From assembly GCA_026026165.1 (NCBI GenBank), contig JAPEUD010000115.1, positions 1 through 48,200 of the forward strand: DNA of 48,200 nucleotides, written 5' to 3'. Positions within the stretch are counted from its first letter, which is position 1, and each line of letters starts with the position of its first letter. Shown here piece by piece: positions 1-11,919 of the stretch. Made by a program: the position numbers and the translations under genes. The notes below the pieces were generated by a model that had not been told where the DNA came from, did no database searches, and saw only the letters and a program-made list of their open reading frames with translations. The stretch is from Sarea resinae. Taxonomy: Eukaryota.

Positions 1-1043
1 GGGGGGGGGGCGGCGGAAGGGCACATACTCCTTTAACCCCGCATCACCCATACACTCATACAAGAAACCTTCACTCGTCGTGACTACAGCGCCCTCCCTC
101 GCCACCCGCTCCAGAGCCACTTTTCTTTCTTCCTCGTTACAGCTGCTCACCCCGTCGGCGAGGACGTACACTTTGTGTCCTGCCGCGAGGAGGTCGAGCG
201 TGGTTTGCGTGACGCAGATGTGGGTTTCTATTCCGACGATGGCGACTTGGGATCCCGGCGCGAGGGAGGTGGTCAGGGGCGGGATGTACATGGAGAAGGC
301 AGTCTTGTCCGCGAAGGCGTGGATAGGGTGAAGGGGTGGGTTGCTAGGCGGAGTGGTTGGGGAAGAGGAGGTCGTGGAGGAGGGTGTGGAGAGGTGCAGT
401 TCAGTGCAGAGGTCGCCGAGGCGGGAGCGGTTTTGGGTAGTGGCATAGATGGGGATGCTGAGGAGCTGGCCTGGAAGAAAGAAAATAGATGCATCAGTAT
501 GGAGATCCAAGGGACGCGAAGCCGACGTAGACAAGGATACGGATATGGCTGGAAGACTGGGAGGACGCACTGGCTTTGATCATTTTCTGCGCTGTCGCGA
601 TGCTAAATGTAGTGCCAAGAACAGTCAGTCAGTCAGTTTGCTGTTTTTCTAGCCATGGCCGTAAATTGCCAGATAGTATGAGAACGTACACGCGCGGATA
701 CTCATGGATCGCAGGTCGGAACTTCTCCTGAATGTCGCAAATACTGGTGGATAAACAGAGCACGCATTAGTATTACTGACGAACACAAAATCAGTCAACT
801 GTAAAGGTGGGTGCTTGTTCATTATGGCTGTCAATGATGAGAAGGGAGCCTCGTCCTCGAATAGAGAGGATATTCAAGGGTTGAGCATACAAGAGTGCCG
901 GCTTTACTATAGAAGTCGAGAGAGGTCAGTCACCGTACTCCAGTGATATGTATAAGGAGAGAAGATAAATCAAAAAATACTGTACAGTAGGGATATGGGA
1001 ATGATTACATACATAGTCGTCGAACCGGAGCTGCCATGGCCAT
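1..1043 (-). CDS. Isochorismatase-family hydrolase (ISOC/YcaC-like); 3' end runs off the window
   Basis: Hand-spliced: MAMAAPVRRL|LKPALF|ICDIQEKFRPAIHEYPRV|IATAQKMIKA|SQLLSIPIYATTQN...VAIVGIETHICVTQTTLDLLAAGHKVYVLADGVSSCN. Exons about 1043-1013, 906-891, 743-690, 604-571 and 471-29, followed by a GTATGT donor. Confidence 0.88.
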
Positions 1044-1985
1044 CTTCGTCTTATTGCGCTTGCCTGCGCTACTGCTTCTGTATGGTCCTAAAGGCTGTCG
1101 ATTGATTGCGATGAACTCTTAGCACCGTCGCCAAGCAGACGAAATGGTATTCCTAAGCAGTCAAGCCAATGGATTTGGAAGCAATGTCTGTAATGGCAAT
1201 CTCTCGACCTGAAGTTGAAATGGTAGAAAGTCTGGAGCAAGCAATCAACTGGAGAAGCGATCGTCATGTATATCAATCCCTGAATGATGTCCCGCGTTGC
1301 CGAACGCGGGGATACGGCGTAAGCGTCCGCGATAGCGGGGATGCTTCCGCTCACGATATGGTGGGGAGATTCTTCGTGACTGAAGACCCATGAATCACCT
1401 TACCTTAAGGCACGATTTGCACTAGAATCATAGGTAAAGAATTATAGGTATTCCACTGTTGCAATTCTGCCATTTTCGATCGTTTCAAAGGACATGTGTT
1501 GAATTCGCAGTCTACGGAGTAGCTCATCATAGGCAAGGAGCAAAACAATCACGGGAACTCTTCTGACCAACGCAAAGTCAACATCTATCATTCAGATACA
1601 CTATTCGGATACGTAGCATCTTAAGAGCATGATGATCTCGAATAGATACTTCGTATGAAACAGAAAAGCTGCTTTGTGCTTGGCAATTGCTGAACCATTC
1701 AATATGAACATAATACGCCAATTAGCTTCAAGATGGATTACGGATGGACGAGCATGGCCGCCACGGGGATTGAAAATCGCCGGTCAACCCCTGATCCAAA
1801 CCCACATTGGATCTTGAAGACAAAAGCCGCTCGATGAAATCGCCAATAGCCACAATTCGCCCAGACGCTTCCTTGATGCCGTAAGACAATGACGCCGCTC
1901 CATAAATCACAAAAGGTAATAACAATGTCCGGGGGTATAATATACAACGCCTTGATCACCTAGCCTCCTTCATGTCGCCCCGAAG

Positions 1986-3947
1986 CTAGATTGAGACTGG
2001 AGCAGTTTCGGTGCTGATAGTCAAGCCGGAGGCCCTCAGTCCCTGCACAGCTTTGCCAACTTCGTCAGATGCCACCTTTTCCCATCCGGTCTTCGCTTTC
2101 TGATCAAGGACGCTTAAATCGCCTATCTTATCGTAGAGCATCCTGGAAATGCTTCGATTGATGTCGGTGAATTGATCTTTGGAAATTTCTTGCTTTTGAT
2201 AATGAGGCTTGAGCGCTGCGCTAACCATTTTCTGGACATTCTCCTTGGCCGATAATGAGATGCTCGCTCTCGACGGTGAGGCCTCTGCTGAACGAGGTGG
2301 GCTCGAATTGGGCGATGGTGCTGCTTGCGGTCTTCCCTGACGGCCTCTGTTCAAAGATTCCTGAAAATCCTGCTCCTTACGTGAGGGCAAGTCCTTAGAC
2401 GGCGGCAGATATGAAGGAGAGAAATCGACGGCGGGATACATGGGCTCGACCTTAGAAGTGAGTCCACTTGGCGAATGGGAACGGGCACCAGGAGGAGGCG
2501 TAGCGGATAAGGCTCTCGGCGATGCATAATTCGAAGTCGCAGGCGAGCCTCCAGGCGGTGAAGTCATTCCAGGGGAGGAATGGTCGCCGTTAAGATTAGA
2601 CATTGGCTTGGTTCGAAATGCACTACTGCTCTCGTCAGGAGCCGCGGAACTTTCCACCTCTTTCAACAAGCTCTGCAAAAAGCTGGGCCCGCCACCGTTT
2701 CCATCTGGAAGAGGTCTTCTGCCTCTGCTTGACCCAGCGGAAGCCTGTCTGGAACCAGAAGGCCCAGCCGCAGAATCCGAAGAAGACTCGGCCAGATCAG
2801 CTGCGCGTCTCGTTCGTGGTCTCTTGAGCTTTCTTTCGGGTTGCGCAGATACTGGCTCTCGGGGAGATGAAGTCGTCGATCTTCGCTTGCGTTTGTCCGG
2901 CCCAGTCTTCTCGATTTCTTTAGCCTTCTCGAAAGCATTCCAGGCACGTATTTCATCCTGAGATTCTGGTTCCGGAGGTGCGGGTCTTTCGCGCGGAGCA
3001 CGTAGTTCGAGGAGAGCTGAGGCTGTATCCCTAAATCGATTCGCTCCACCCTGCCTCTCCGCGACTTGAAATCTACGCTGCCACTCGCGGAATTCTCGTT
3101 GTTCGTTATCAATTCTCCGCTGAGACCTTATCAAATCCGAATCATCAAACGGAAAGTCGAGATCGAAATTGAGGCTATCCCAGACAGATTGCCAAACACG
3201 TGCCCACCCAGAGGAGTTCGCCTGAGTCTGTGAGCGAAGCCGGCGTTGTTGGCCTCGAGTTCGGCGATCCGAAGAGTGATGGATCTGCCGTCTAGCTCGC
3301 TCGGGGCGGGGGTACGGATCAAGCGCTCTTTGGCTTTGACAGGATGGACAATACCAGTGCCCTACAGGCACAGAGTCAAGATCGGCACAGTATGTATGAC
3401 AGGCCGATTCGCAGCCGTCACAAAGTAGCAGAACATCCTCGTTATCGTCCTCACCGCACATCTGGCATGGCACTGAATCTGGTTCCTCGAAGTCGTCGTC
3501 ATCAATTATCATCGACGGGTCAATCTCCGCGACTTGCGTGCGATCTGCGACCGTGTAGGATGAAATTACAGCACCTTAAGCCATCGACGCGTTCAAATCA
3601 GTGAAAATTCGGAATTGCAGATGGGACAGCTTCTACAAATTTTGGAAAGACTCACCTCCGACTTTGGAGCTCAGTTCCACCAAATTAAAGTTCTGCCGAC
3701 AAATAGGGCAACTGTTTGCTCGTTCCACCCAAGGTTTGAGACACTCGTTGTGCATGTTGTGGCCGCACGGCAAAAGGTGGGCGATATGCTCCGAGCTCTC
3801 GTCCTGTGACGGTGACGCTTCGGGCGAGCCAGTGCGAACGCCATCTTTATCATCTGAACTCACAGAACCAATACGAGAGGCGAGGCGGGGAGGCTTCCCG
3901 GAATCAGCGTCGAGGTCACCTAGACAGACGATGCATGTTTCCGACAT
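1986..3947 (-). CDS. RING finger and PHD finger domain protein
   Basis: N-terminal RING (CIVC...[23 protein letters not shown]), intron 3655-3575 with an AAG acceptor, then PHD (CQMC...[15 protein letters not shown]...WYCPSC) and a long Ser/Pro-rich region. Confidence 0.9.
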
Positions 3948-5057
3948 AATGAGAGTCCGTCTTCGGAAGTTCAATCGAATATGAAGTCAACAGCGTCATA
4001 GAGTGAGGATTGAAAGGTGAAGGTTGATGGTTTTGGTGACGAGATGGGAGGGAACAGAGTAGTATGAGGTGTGGGGTGGGAAGCGAGTTTTGTATCGCAG
4101 CAGCTCCGAGGGCGAGCTATTCCTATTTCGTATAGCTGCAATCAGCTTCAGCGCTTCCAAATGGTTGTGCAACTCGACTGCGACCGTGAATCTGCCGAGT
4201 GAATGTGACCACTGTAGGAGGCAGGTGCCTGTGAATTGATTAACGGAGAACATTCAAGTTGAGATGCTATGTGCACAACTGAGACCTGAAGTGGCGAATT
4301 CGTTCGAGTAGTTGCCTGGAAACACGCCAAATTGCCTTCTTCTGGCACCGAATGCTACGTGTTGTAAAACCACCTGACTCAGCCATATCCGCCTCTATCA
4401 AATTTACTATCATTTGCTGAATAACAAGGGAGAAAGCTCGATTCCTGGATCTCCGAGGAAAGTAGTGTCTCAACAACCCGAACCGGTATGCTTATATAGT
4501 TAGAACGCGAAGAGAAGAAAAATTGGTCGGATTCGATAACGAGTTTGATACGGGAATCCATAGCCATCAACAGATGTTCAGGATGAATGAGAGTGTCATC
4601 GGAAACATCCAAGGCCTGCTCTTGGCTATCGGAGTGGGAGCCCTCCCGCGTAACCAGGCTAATCCGTTGTTTAGCCTAAAGAGGAAATCCATGATAAAAC
4701 AATTTTTTCCGAATGATTCATGAGACCAGAAATGACGCTGAGCATCCGAAGACAATCGATGACGGAAGCCAGTGCGATGAATGCCCTAGTAAAGCAGGAA
4801 GATCAACTCATCAAAGTTTTCACGAAATCTGAGAAGCGATCGACGCTGGTGAAGCATCGATCGCAGCGTCGGTGCAGGCTTCGGAGATGAACCCGTGGAT
4901 GTATTTGAGTGCTTGAATTGAGAATCCAGTTTCATTGTAGACGTAGTAGTGCTATCGAGCTACCGAGGATCGAATCGACGCCTCTGCGAAGAAAGTGAAA
5001 TCCCGTCCCTACAAAACACTGGCCCTCTTCTACCCATGACCAACATCGGCATTTTAT

Positions 5058-5596
5058 CTAGACCTCCGCAATTTCCCTCAACCGACGAATAGTGGATCTC
5101 GTAGCAGCCGCGGCCGGAGTCCTATTAGATCCTATTGTCAGTATCACCCATCGAAGCACCCAGTCTCCCCCCTCAGTCTCGATATTGGGGCAAGGTATAT
5201 GTAAGTGACGTACGAGACAGTCCATGCACCGCCAGCAACAGTCTTCTTGCAGGATTTGCATTCCCAGATGCCAACCGAGTGACGCTTCACGGCGTTCTTT
5301 CCGCAGAAGGTACAGGCGTATCGGGCGTGTTGAGTGATTTCCATCTTCTTGACCTGCTTTCGGAGGGAGGCACCATATCTGAAAAGAAAGCGCACGATGA
5401 TCAGTCTGGGTCTTGTGTGGATTCAAAGGTTTCGAATAAATTCGTCGTTGACTCGAAGTCAAGTGCGGAAGAGCATTCTCGAAAGCGCATACCTAGTACC
5501 GTATTTACCGGTCACGCCGACCTCTGGGATTCGTGTCAGTAAAGCCAGGAGATGTCAGTCATAGATGGAGAGCATACTCTTCGTTCGTTTCGTCAT
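5058..5596 (-). CDS. RPL43: 60S ribosomal protein eL43 (L37a)
   Basis: Exons 5596-5578, 5523-5493, 5378-5214 and 5121-5058 give [44 protein letters not shown]...[15 protein letters not shown]...RRLREIAEV, with a C4 zinc ribbon. Confidence 0.97.
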
Positions 5597-5718
5597 CTTG
5601 GCTGTTTGAGTGGTCTGTCGATGAAGATACTCAAGCAGATGGGTCGTCGCGATAACGAGAATAAGATCGGTAACTGTTTGTGGGAGTTCTCGCTTAGGAA
5701 GGCTTGGCGGAAGATTGA

Positions 5719-5841
5719 AAGCCCTAAGCGGGCTATACATACCTGACGCAAGGGAGCGTGAAGAGGGAAGGTACTAGGTACATAAGAATGGGCTGCGTGT
5801 ACTGTGCACCTGGCTCGTACTCTACATAGTGCCTTAGGGTT
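5719..5841. promoter_or_regulatory. Two ARCCCTAA motifs upstream of RPL43
   Basis: AAGCCCTAA at 5719-5727 and TTAGGGTT (reverse complement AACCCTAA) at 5834-5841. From recall, GCCCTAA-type motifs are associated with ribosomal-protein promoters in filamentous ascomycetes. Confidence 0.5.
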
Positions 5842-6219
5842 CGACCGTCGGGCTGATGAATAATCATCGTATCTGGTCTCTTGGAATAGAGTCCGGCGAA
5901 GGAGTACTCCGAGTAGAGAGTAGTCGTCATAGCCACCTACTACTGCAGTACAGCGATCCATCATCCATGCAGGGTCCGTAAACATTCAACGACGGCCTCA
6001 TTCTACGCCGAGATTGATATACTTATCCGCAAAGCCAGCAAGAGAGAGTATAACGAATATATCAATTATAAACTTGGACTCAGGAAGCTCTCAAAAACTG
6101 TACTTAATGAAGCTATCGCTCTTCCAAATAAGCAATACCTACTGCTTTAACAATTAAATTCGAGAGACCAAATTTGCCCGCCCAACATATACCTGCTAAT
6201 AGAACGAAATTCAAAGCGC

Positions 6220-7811
6220 ATGGAAGGATATTCAATGGCGTCTGGCACTCGCGAATATGATATCGTCGTCTTCGGAGCGACTGGCTACACTGGCAAGCTC
6301 TGCGCTGAGCATATCACGACCCATCTGCCCACCGACCTCAAATGGGCCGTAGCCGGCCGCTCGCCGAGTAAGCTCGCAAGCCTGACTCAGGAGATTCTAT
6401 CGCTCAACCCAGACAGAATACAGCCTGGTAATTACAAATGCCTTCTTAGTCTTCGAGCTTTGATTGCTAAGTTGAGTGCTCTCTAGGCATTGAGATCGCC
6501 GAGCTAAGGAAAGAAGACCTCCATGCTCTAGCACGTAAGACGCGGTTGATCATCAACACCGTTGGGCCGTATTACAAATTTGGAGCCCCAGTTGTGGAAG
6601 CTTGCGCCAGCAATGGCACTCATCATCTTGACGTGTGAGGATCCTGTGCTACCAGTCCATCAACGCTGCGTCGTCAAACTGACGTGAAACAGTACTGGAG
6701 AAACTCCATGGGTGCGAGACATGATTGAGAAATATCACGAGACCGCTAAAGCTAATGGAGCGATCGTAAGTCATCGTCCTTATAAGAGGTTGTCAATGCC
6801 TGGGCTGTCTATTAATGTATATAATCAGATAATATCAGAACTAGGGATTCAAAGTGCCATAGCCGACCTAGCCACCTGGTCTCTTGTGACATGCATCAGA
6901 CAGTCCCTCTCCGTGCCCACCCAAGATGTAATTCTTGCCATCAATGATCTCTGGTAAGTTACAACTTCCCCTATTCTTCCACAAGAGGAGTTAAGGCTTA
7001 CAACAACCTACAACCGCAGGGGCTCACCGAGCGGCGGCACCTCTGCCACTATTACAGGGATCCTGGACCACTACTCAATCCGTGATGCCTACAGCTCCAT
7101 CACACCTTACGCTATCTCCCCCGTCCAACCAGGTTCCCATCAGCTTATTCCCAACCGTCCTGGATCTTTCCTGGCCTCTTTCTTGAATATCCACACTATT
7201 CCTGATCTCGGTACTCTAACAACCCACATACCAAGCTACGGCGAAGTTCCTATTGTGCAACGTTCTTGGGGCCTTTTGGGGGCAGGGAGCTTCTACGGCC
7301 CAAAGTTTCATTTCAGCGAGTATAAGAGAGTAAGGAATGTTTTGGGCGGGGTACTTATTTCAATCTTATCCGCGTTTGCGATGCTCGCGTTGTTCGTGCC
7401 GCCAGTGAGGTGGGCGTTGAGAGTGTTCTTGCCTGCACCTGGACAAGGACCGTCAAAAGAGTGAGCAAATCCCCTCTATAGCTTCTACAAGTCTTGACTT
7501 GTGATGGCGTGGCTAATGCAAACAACAGAGCGGCAGCCAAAGACCGTATTGACCTCCGCGGAATCGCGATCGCCGATCAACCCAATACAGCCAACCCCCA
7601 ACGAGCATCTCTAACCTTCAAACACCAGGGATCCCATTACTATCTTACCGCCGTCTTTATCACCGAAGCAGCGATTGTTATCCTTCGCGAAGAGAATCTT
7701 GCGAAGAAGCTCGGGGGCGGATGTCTTACGCCTGCTACGTTGGGTGGACCGTACCTTGATCGATTGAGTATGGCCGGTGTTCGTTTCGAGACCAGAATCC
7801 TTTCGAATTGA
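6220..7811 (+). CDS. Saccharopine dehydrogenase-like oxidoreductase (trans-acting enoyl reductase family)
   Basis: Rossmann motif YDIVVFGATGYTG, plus WAVAGRS, INTVGPY, D-V-TGE, SGGT and GGCLTPA. Six exons with five canonical GT-AG introns. Confidence 0.88.
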
Positions 7812-7956
7812 AAGGATTATACCCTAGACAGTAGTTGATATATCACGTATTTGTTCCATTCCAATCTTTCAACTGTCTTTAATTTCGGCTTTACATCAAA
7901 ATCATATTCTACTTGTAGCGCGGGTGATCGCTCTCTTCTATGAGCCTACATCAACT

Positions 7957-10044
7957 TCAACTCTCATTTACAAGTCTAACGACTTTCCTCGCAGTCCCCA
8001 CAGAGCTCTGATACCTAATCGCAAGTCAAATTCATTAGCATAGTCACTCTCCTTCATATGATTCCAGAGCAGAATCCCACTCACCCAGTACCTGAATGCC
8101 CATAACAATGCACCACCTTCGCCTTCTTTTCAACCAACCTCTCCAATTCCACCCTCGCACCACCCACTCTCGACGGCCTTAGCCCTACCTGCACGCCCAG
8201 CACCTCGAATCCAGTCTCTCTCTCGCCTTGCTTAGTCAGTAGTTCGGGCGCGAGATCCCTGCACCGTGCTAATATACTCTTTGTGGTCTGCTCATCTGGC
8301 TTCTCGTCCCTACGGAATGTACGGTGAAGTGTTAGATGGTGTTGTTTGACAGGCCAGGTCAGGTCAGATATTGTCGTTCTTGTCGGCTTCGAACAAGTGA
8401 GGGTTCATTTTGCCGGACGGAAGGACGCCAAGGGGGGAGAGGCATGGAAGGGAGAGTAGGTGGGTGGGTGGGAAAGCAGACTCTGGTAAATGATAGAAAA
8501 TGAAAACAAGAATGCCAGATGCGAGAATAGAAGAGAAGAAGAGGGAACACCCACCATCGACCTGCTTCTTTCACACCACCTAGAACGGTGGTTCCGCTTC
8601 CCGGCCGCGGGATTACATAGCTTATTCCCTCCTCGTCGCCGAAGATCCTACTCCTCATCGCCGGCGCCTCACCGCGAACAAGCACCGTCTGGCCACGGGT
8701 TGGGTAGACGCTTTCGTCGCCTACTAGAGCTTTGGCACCTATGCCTGTTGCATTCACAAAAGCAGCTATTTCGATGCTTGCTCTTCCGCTGCCCTCGTCT
8801 TTCCCTAGTTCAGAGGTCGGTGGAATGATTTCCTTTGCTGCGGCTGCTGCTGCTTCCTCGAGCGCGGGCGAAAGGCCGTGAGAGGTGTTGAGGGTATGGC
8901 GGATAGACTTGCCTCCGGCTTCGTGGAATCGCGTCAGTAGATAGGAAAGATATTTGGGCACGTTTATCGCAAAGGATGTGAATTGGATTGCGGCATGCGC
9001 GTCTGAGGCCAATTGCCCATCGGATAAGACGCTGAAGGCGCGGACATGAGGCGCGAACCAGAGAGACGAGGGCGAGGGCTGGATTTCAGGTGTCGGGGCG
9101 GTCCTAGTGGATCTTGAGTCTTGATGTATTGTGCAACGATAGGCGGCGAAGGACATACCAGTAGATTGTTGTAGGTAATGCCTTGGTTGCGAGTGTGGTC
9201 GTTAGCATTACATGTTGTAACCATTGACTCGCTCTTTCAGGGTAGCAGCATTTTCTTTTGCTATCCCTGGTCTATTTCACACGACATAGCTCTAGTAGTC
9301 CTTTGAATATCGGAGCGCACCATACGTTTGAAAAACAGTTGAATAGCGGAAAATAAATGTTGAGGAAACGAAAGTAAAAAAAAAAGGAGAGAGTTACATA
9401 CGGCTATTCCCTCCTCCGCTCCTCCACCACGGTCAACAATCTCGGCCCACGCATCATACCCCTCCTTTTCCCAACCACGTAATTCTTCGTCTTCTGCCGC
9501 GGCCGTGCCATGTGAGCGCCACTGCGCACCTGCCCTACACTCGTAATGCCAACCGTCAGTATCAATCATCGTCGCTATGATGGCCGCTTAATTTCCGGAT
9601 ATTCTTTATTTTCCGCGAGTATGTATCAGGGTGTACAGTGAGATCTCAAAGCTGGGATGCGAAATTCGAATTATGCGGGAAAAGGGATCATCCGGCAAGA
9701 ATAGGATTCGATATATAGAATGAGGATTTCAGGTTTTGTAGTAACTCTACAAAGAGGACAAAATTTCGATACAGAAATGGAGACCCACCAAGGAGAAGTA
9801 TACTCAATACTCTCATCCCCTGGGAAGTGTTTCGCCAGAATCGTCACGTCGTATCCAGCTTCTTGGAGGTGAATAGCAGACTGGATCCCTATTATACCAG
9901 CACTGTTGATAGTAGGTGCACAGTTAGCGGATACGAACCATAGGCTGGCTCTCCCGTTCCTCCTCCCCGGGATAATTGTACGATAGGAGAAAAGGGTATG
10001 TACCCAATGACGACAATATGCGGCTTCGCCATCGTGGTAGACAT
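7957..10044 (-). CDS. D-amino-acid oxidase family FAD oxidoreductase
   Basis: Spliced HIVVIG|AGIIG (FAD binding), YTSPW|AGA, VNATGIGA, YPTRGQTVLV, YVIPRPG, VGLRPSR, HSGTG|YQSSVG. Six introns; ends LVNES*. Confidence 0.9.
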
Positions 10045-10488
10045 TTTTCCAACCGGCCACCGACTTTCGAGAGAAATTCAGGGTCTGTCTATCACGATGC
10101 GGCCAGCGGAACGGGACGGCTTATATGTGCTCGATGTTTTGATGCGGTGATTCATAGCGGGGTGGGCTCCGATAAGGAGAAAGGGCCGATTATCTTGGTG
10201 GGGCTTGTTGGGAAGGCCAATCGCGGAGGGAGAAATAGTGGGCGGTGAGCTCGGCACAGCCGAGACGCCGACGTCAGGGCGGAAGGTAAACAGACACAAC
10301 CTCCACTACCTCCTAAGCTATGTCCTTTGCCATTCACGCCATACCCTCTAAACGTGGTGAGAGAGAGAAACGAACACCATCAAGTCGAGTGAATGATCTG
10401 AACTTCCATTTCCTGTTCTATCTCTGTATATACATCTCGCTATCATCTCTCCTTTTTCTCTCGGCGATCTCTATCAATAGTGTTGGAC

Positions 10489-11919
10489 ATGGCTACCACG
10501 GTCGACGTCATCGATACTGCGGGCGACTCCAGAATTTCCCACCAGTATACGGACCTCAATGGCAGGAAATACCGTACGTAAATCAAAGAGGGGTATACTA
10601 GATTATCACTAATCACTATCTCAAAATGCAGACTACTTGTTGGGCCTACCAGAAGGAAACAATTACATAGCGACAGTTTTCCTCGTAAGACCCTATATGC
10701 AAATGCTGGTTAAGATATCACCTTAATTAATATCTCTAGATTCATGGCTGGCCTGATCTTTCGATGGGCTGGAGATACCAGATTCCGGCGCTCTTGAACT
10801 TGGGACTGCGCGTTGTTTGTCCTGACATAATGGGCTTTGGACAGACTGTATGATCGACCGCTTCACTTCCAGTGCAAAAGTGATATCTTATTGACGCATT
10901 CTGAACTCAACAGGAAGCACCGCACGTACCTCCCGAATCAATGAGCCTCTACGGCTTCAAGAGGGCCGCAGATGACATCAGAGAGCTTGCGCACCAGCTC
11001 AACGCCCCCCAAATAATCCTGGGGGGCCACGACTGGTTCATATCCTTATTCCTCCTTCCGTGACCCCGAGCTGATAGAGCCTTTCAGGGGCGGTGCCGTT
11101 GTCTACCGCGTGGCGCTCTGGCACCCGGAGCTAGTAACGCATCTCTTCTCCGTCTGCACGCCTTACTTTCCTCCAAGCAAAACGTACTTATCCACCGAGC
11201 AAGTAGTGGAGAGGCTGCCAAACTTCACGTACCAGTTGCAGCTTTCGGGGCCCTCGGTGGAAAATTCCATTCGAACCAAAAACCGTTTGAGAATGTTTCT
11301 GCGGGGTTTGTACGGAGGTCTCGGACCGCATGGCGAGATGGGTTTTACGGTGCAAGAGGGTGTGCAGCTCGATAAGCTGGAGTTGCTCGGGTCATCACCA
11401 CTCGTATCGGAGAAGGTACGATCTGCAACTGGTCTTTGAGCTTGCTTAGCTTCCAGGCCGCTGACCACAGTTACTGTCTCCAGGAGCTGGACTATTACGT
11501 CGACGAGTACGACCACAACGGCTTGCATGGACCTCGTGAGCTGGAAAACCCTCTCTTTGCGGTGATGATATTATGCATCTAACTCAAATTCAGTAAATTG
11601 GTACCGTACTCGCGAGGTCAACTACAAAGATGAGCTCCAGTACGACGACGATATTCTATCCTTCTAACTGAGCACATACTGACTCCTTTCCAGACTCACG
11701 AAGAGATCAATTGACATCCCGGTCCTCTTTATCGTCGCGACCAAGGATGCCGCTCTCCCCCCTTCCATGTCCGAGGGGATGGAGAAATACCTGCCACAAT
11801 TGACCCGCCAGTCGGTAGATGCAGGTCATTGGGCGCTTTGGCAAGCCCCGGAACAAGTGAATCGGTACATAGGGGGTTTCTTGGAGGAACATGGGTTTGG
11901 AACGAAGAGTACGCTCTAA
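10489..11919 (+). CDS. Alpha/beta-fold (soluble-type) epoxide hydrolase
   Basis: HGWP oxyanion motif, GHDWG nucleophile elbow, YQLQL, NWYR and GHW catalytic His. Seven GT-AG introns; C-terminus ...TKSTL*. Confidence 0.9.

Noticed and set aside
1188..1197. CTGTAATGGC, resembling the 5' end of fungal SRP RNA
   Set aside because: No recognisable helix-8 (AGG..GNRA..GCA) motif or Pol III terminator at the expected distance; a similar string occurs inside the DRS2 CDS.
1398..1423. CTTACCTTAAG...ATTTGCACT, resembling U1 snRNA elements
   Set aside because: Spacing is incompatible with U1 stem-loops, there is no 70K loop or Sm site, and similar CTTACC strings occur in other promoters here.
4267..4755. 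Several short ORFs between the PHD/RING gene and RPL43
   Set aside because: No recognisable domain, mostly non-ATG starts, and no consistent exon chain.
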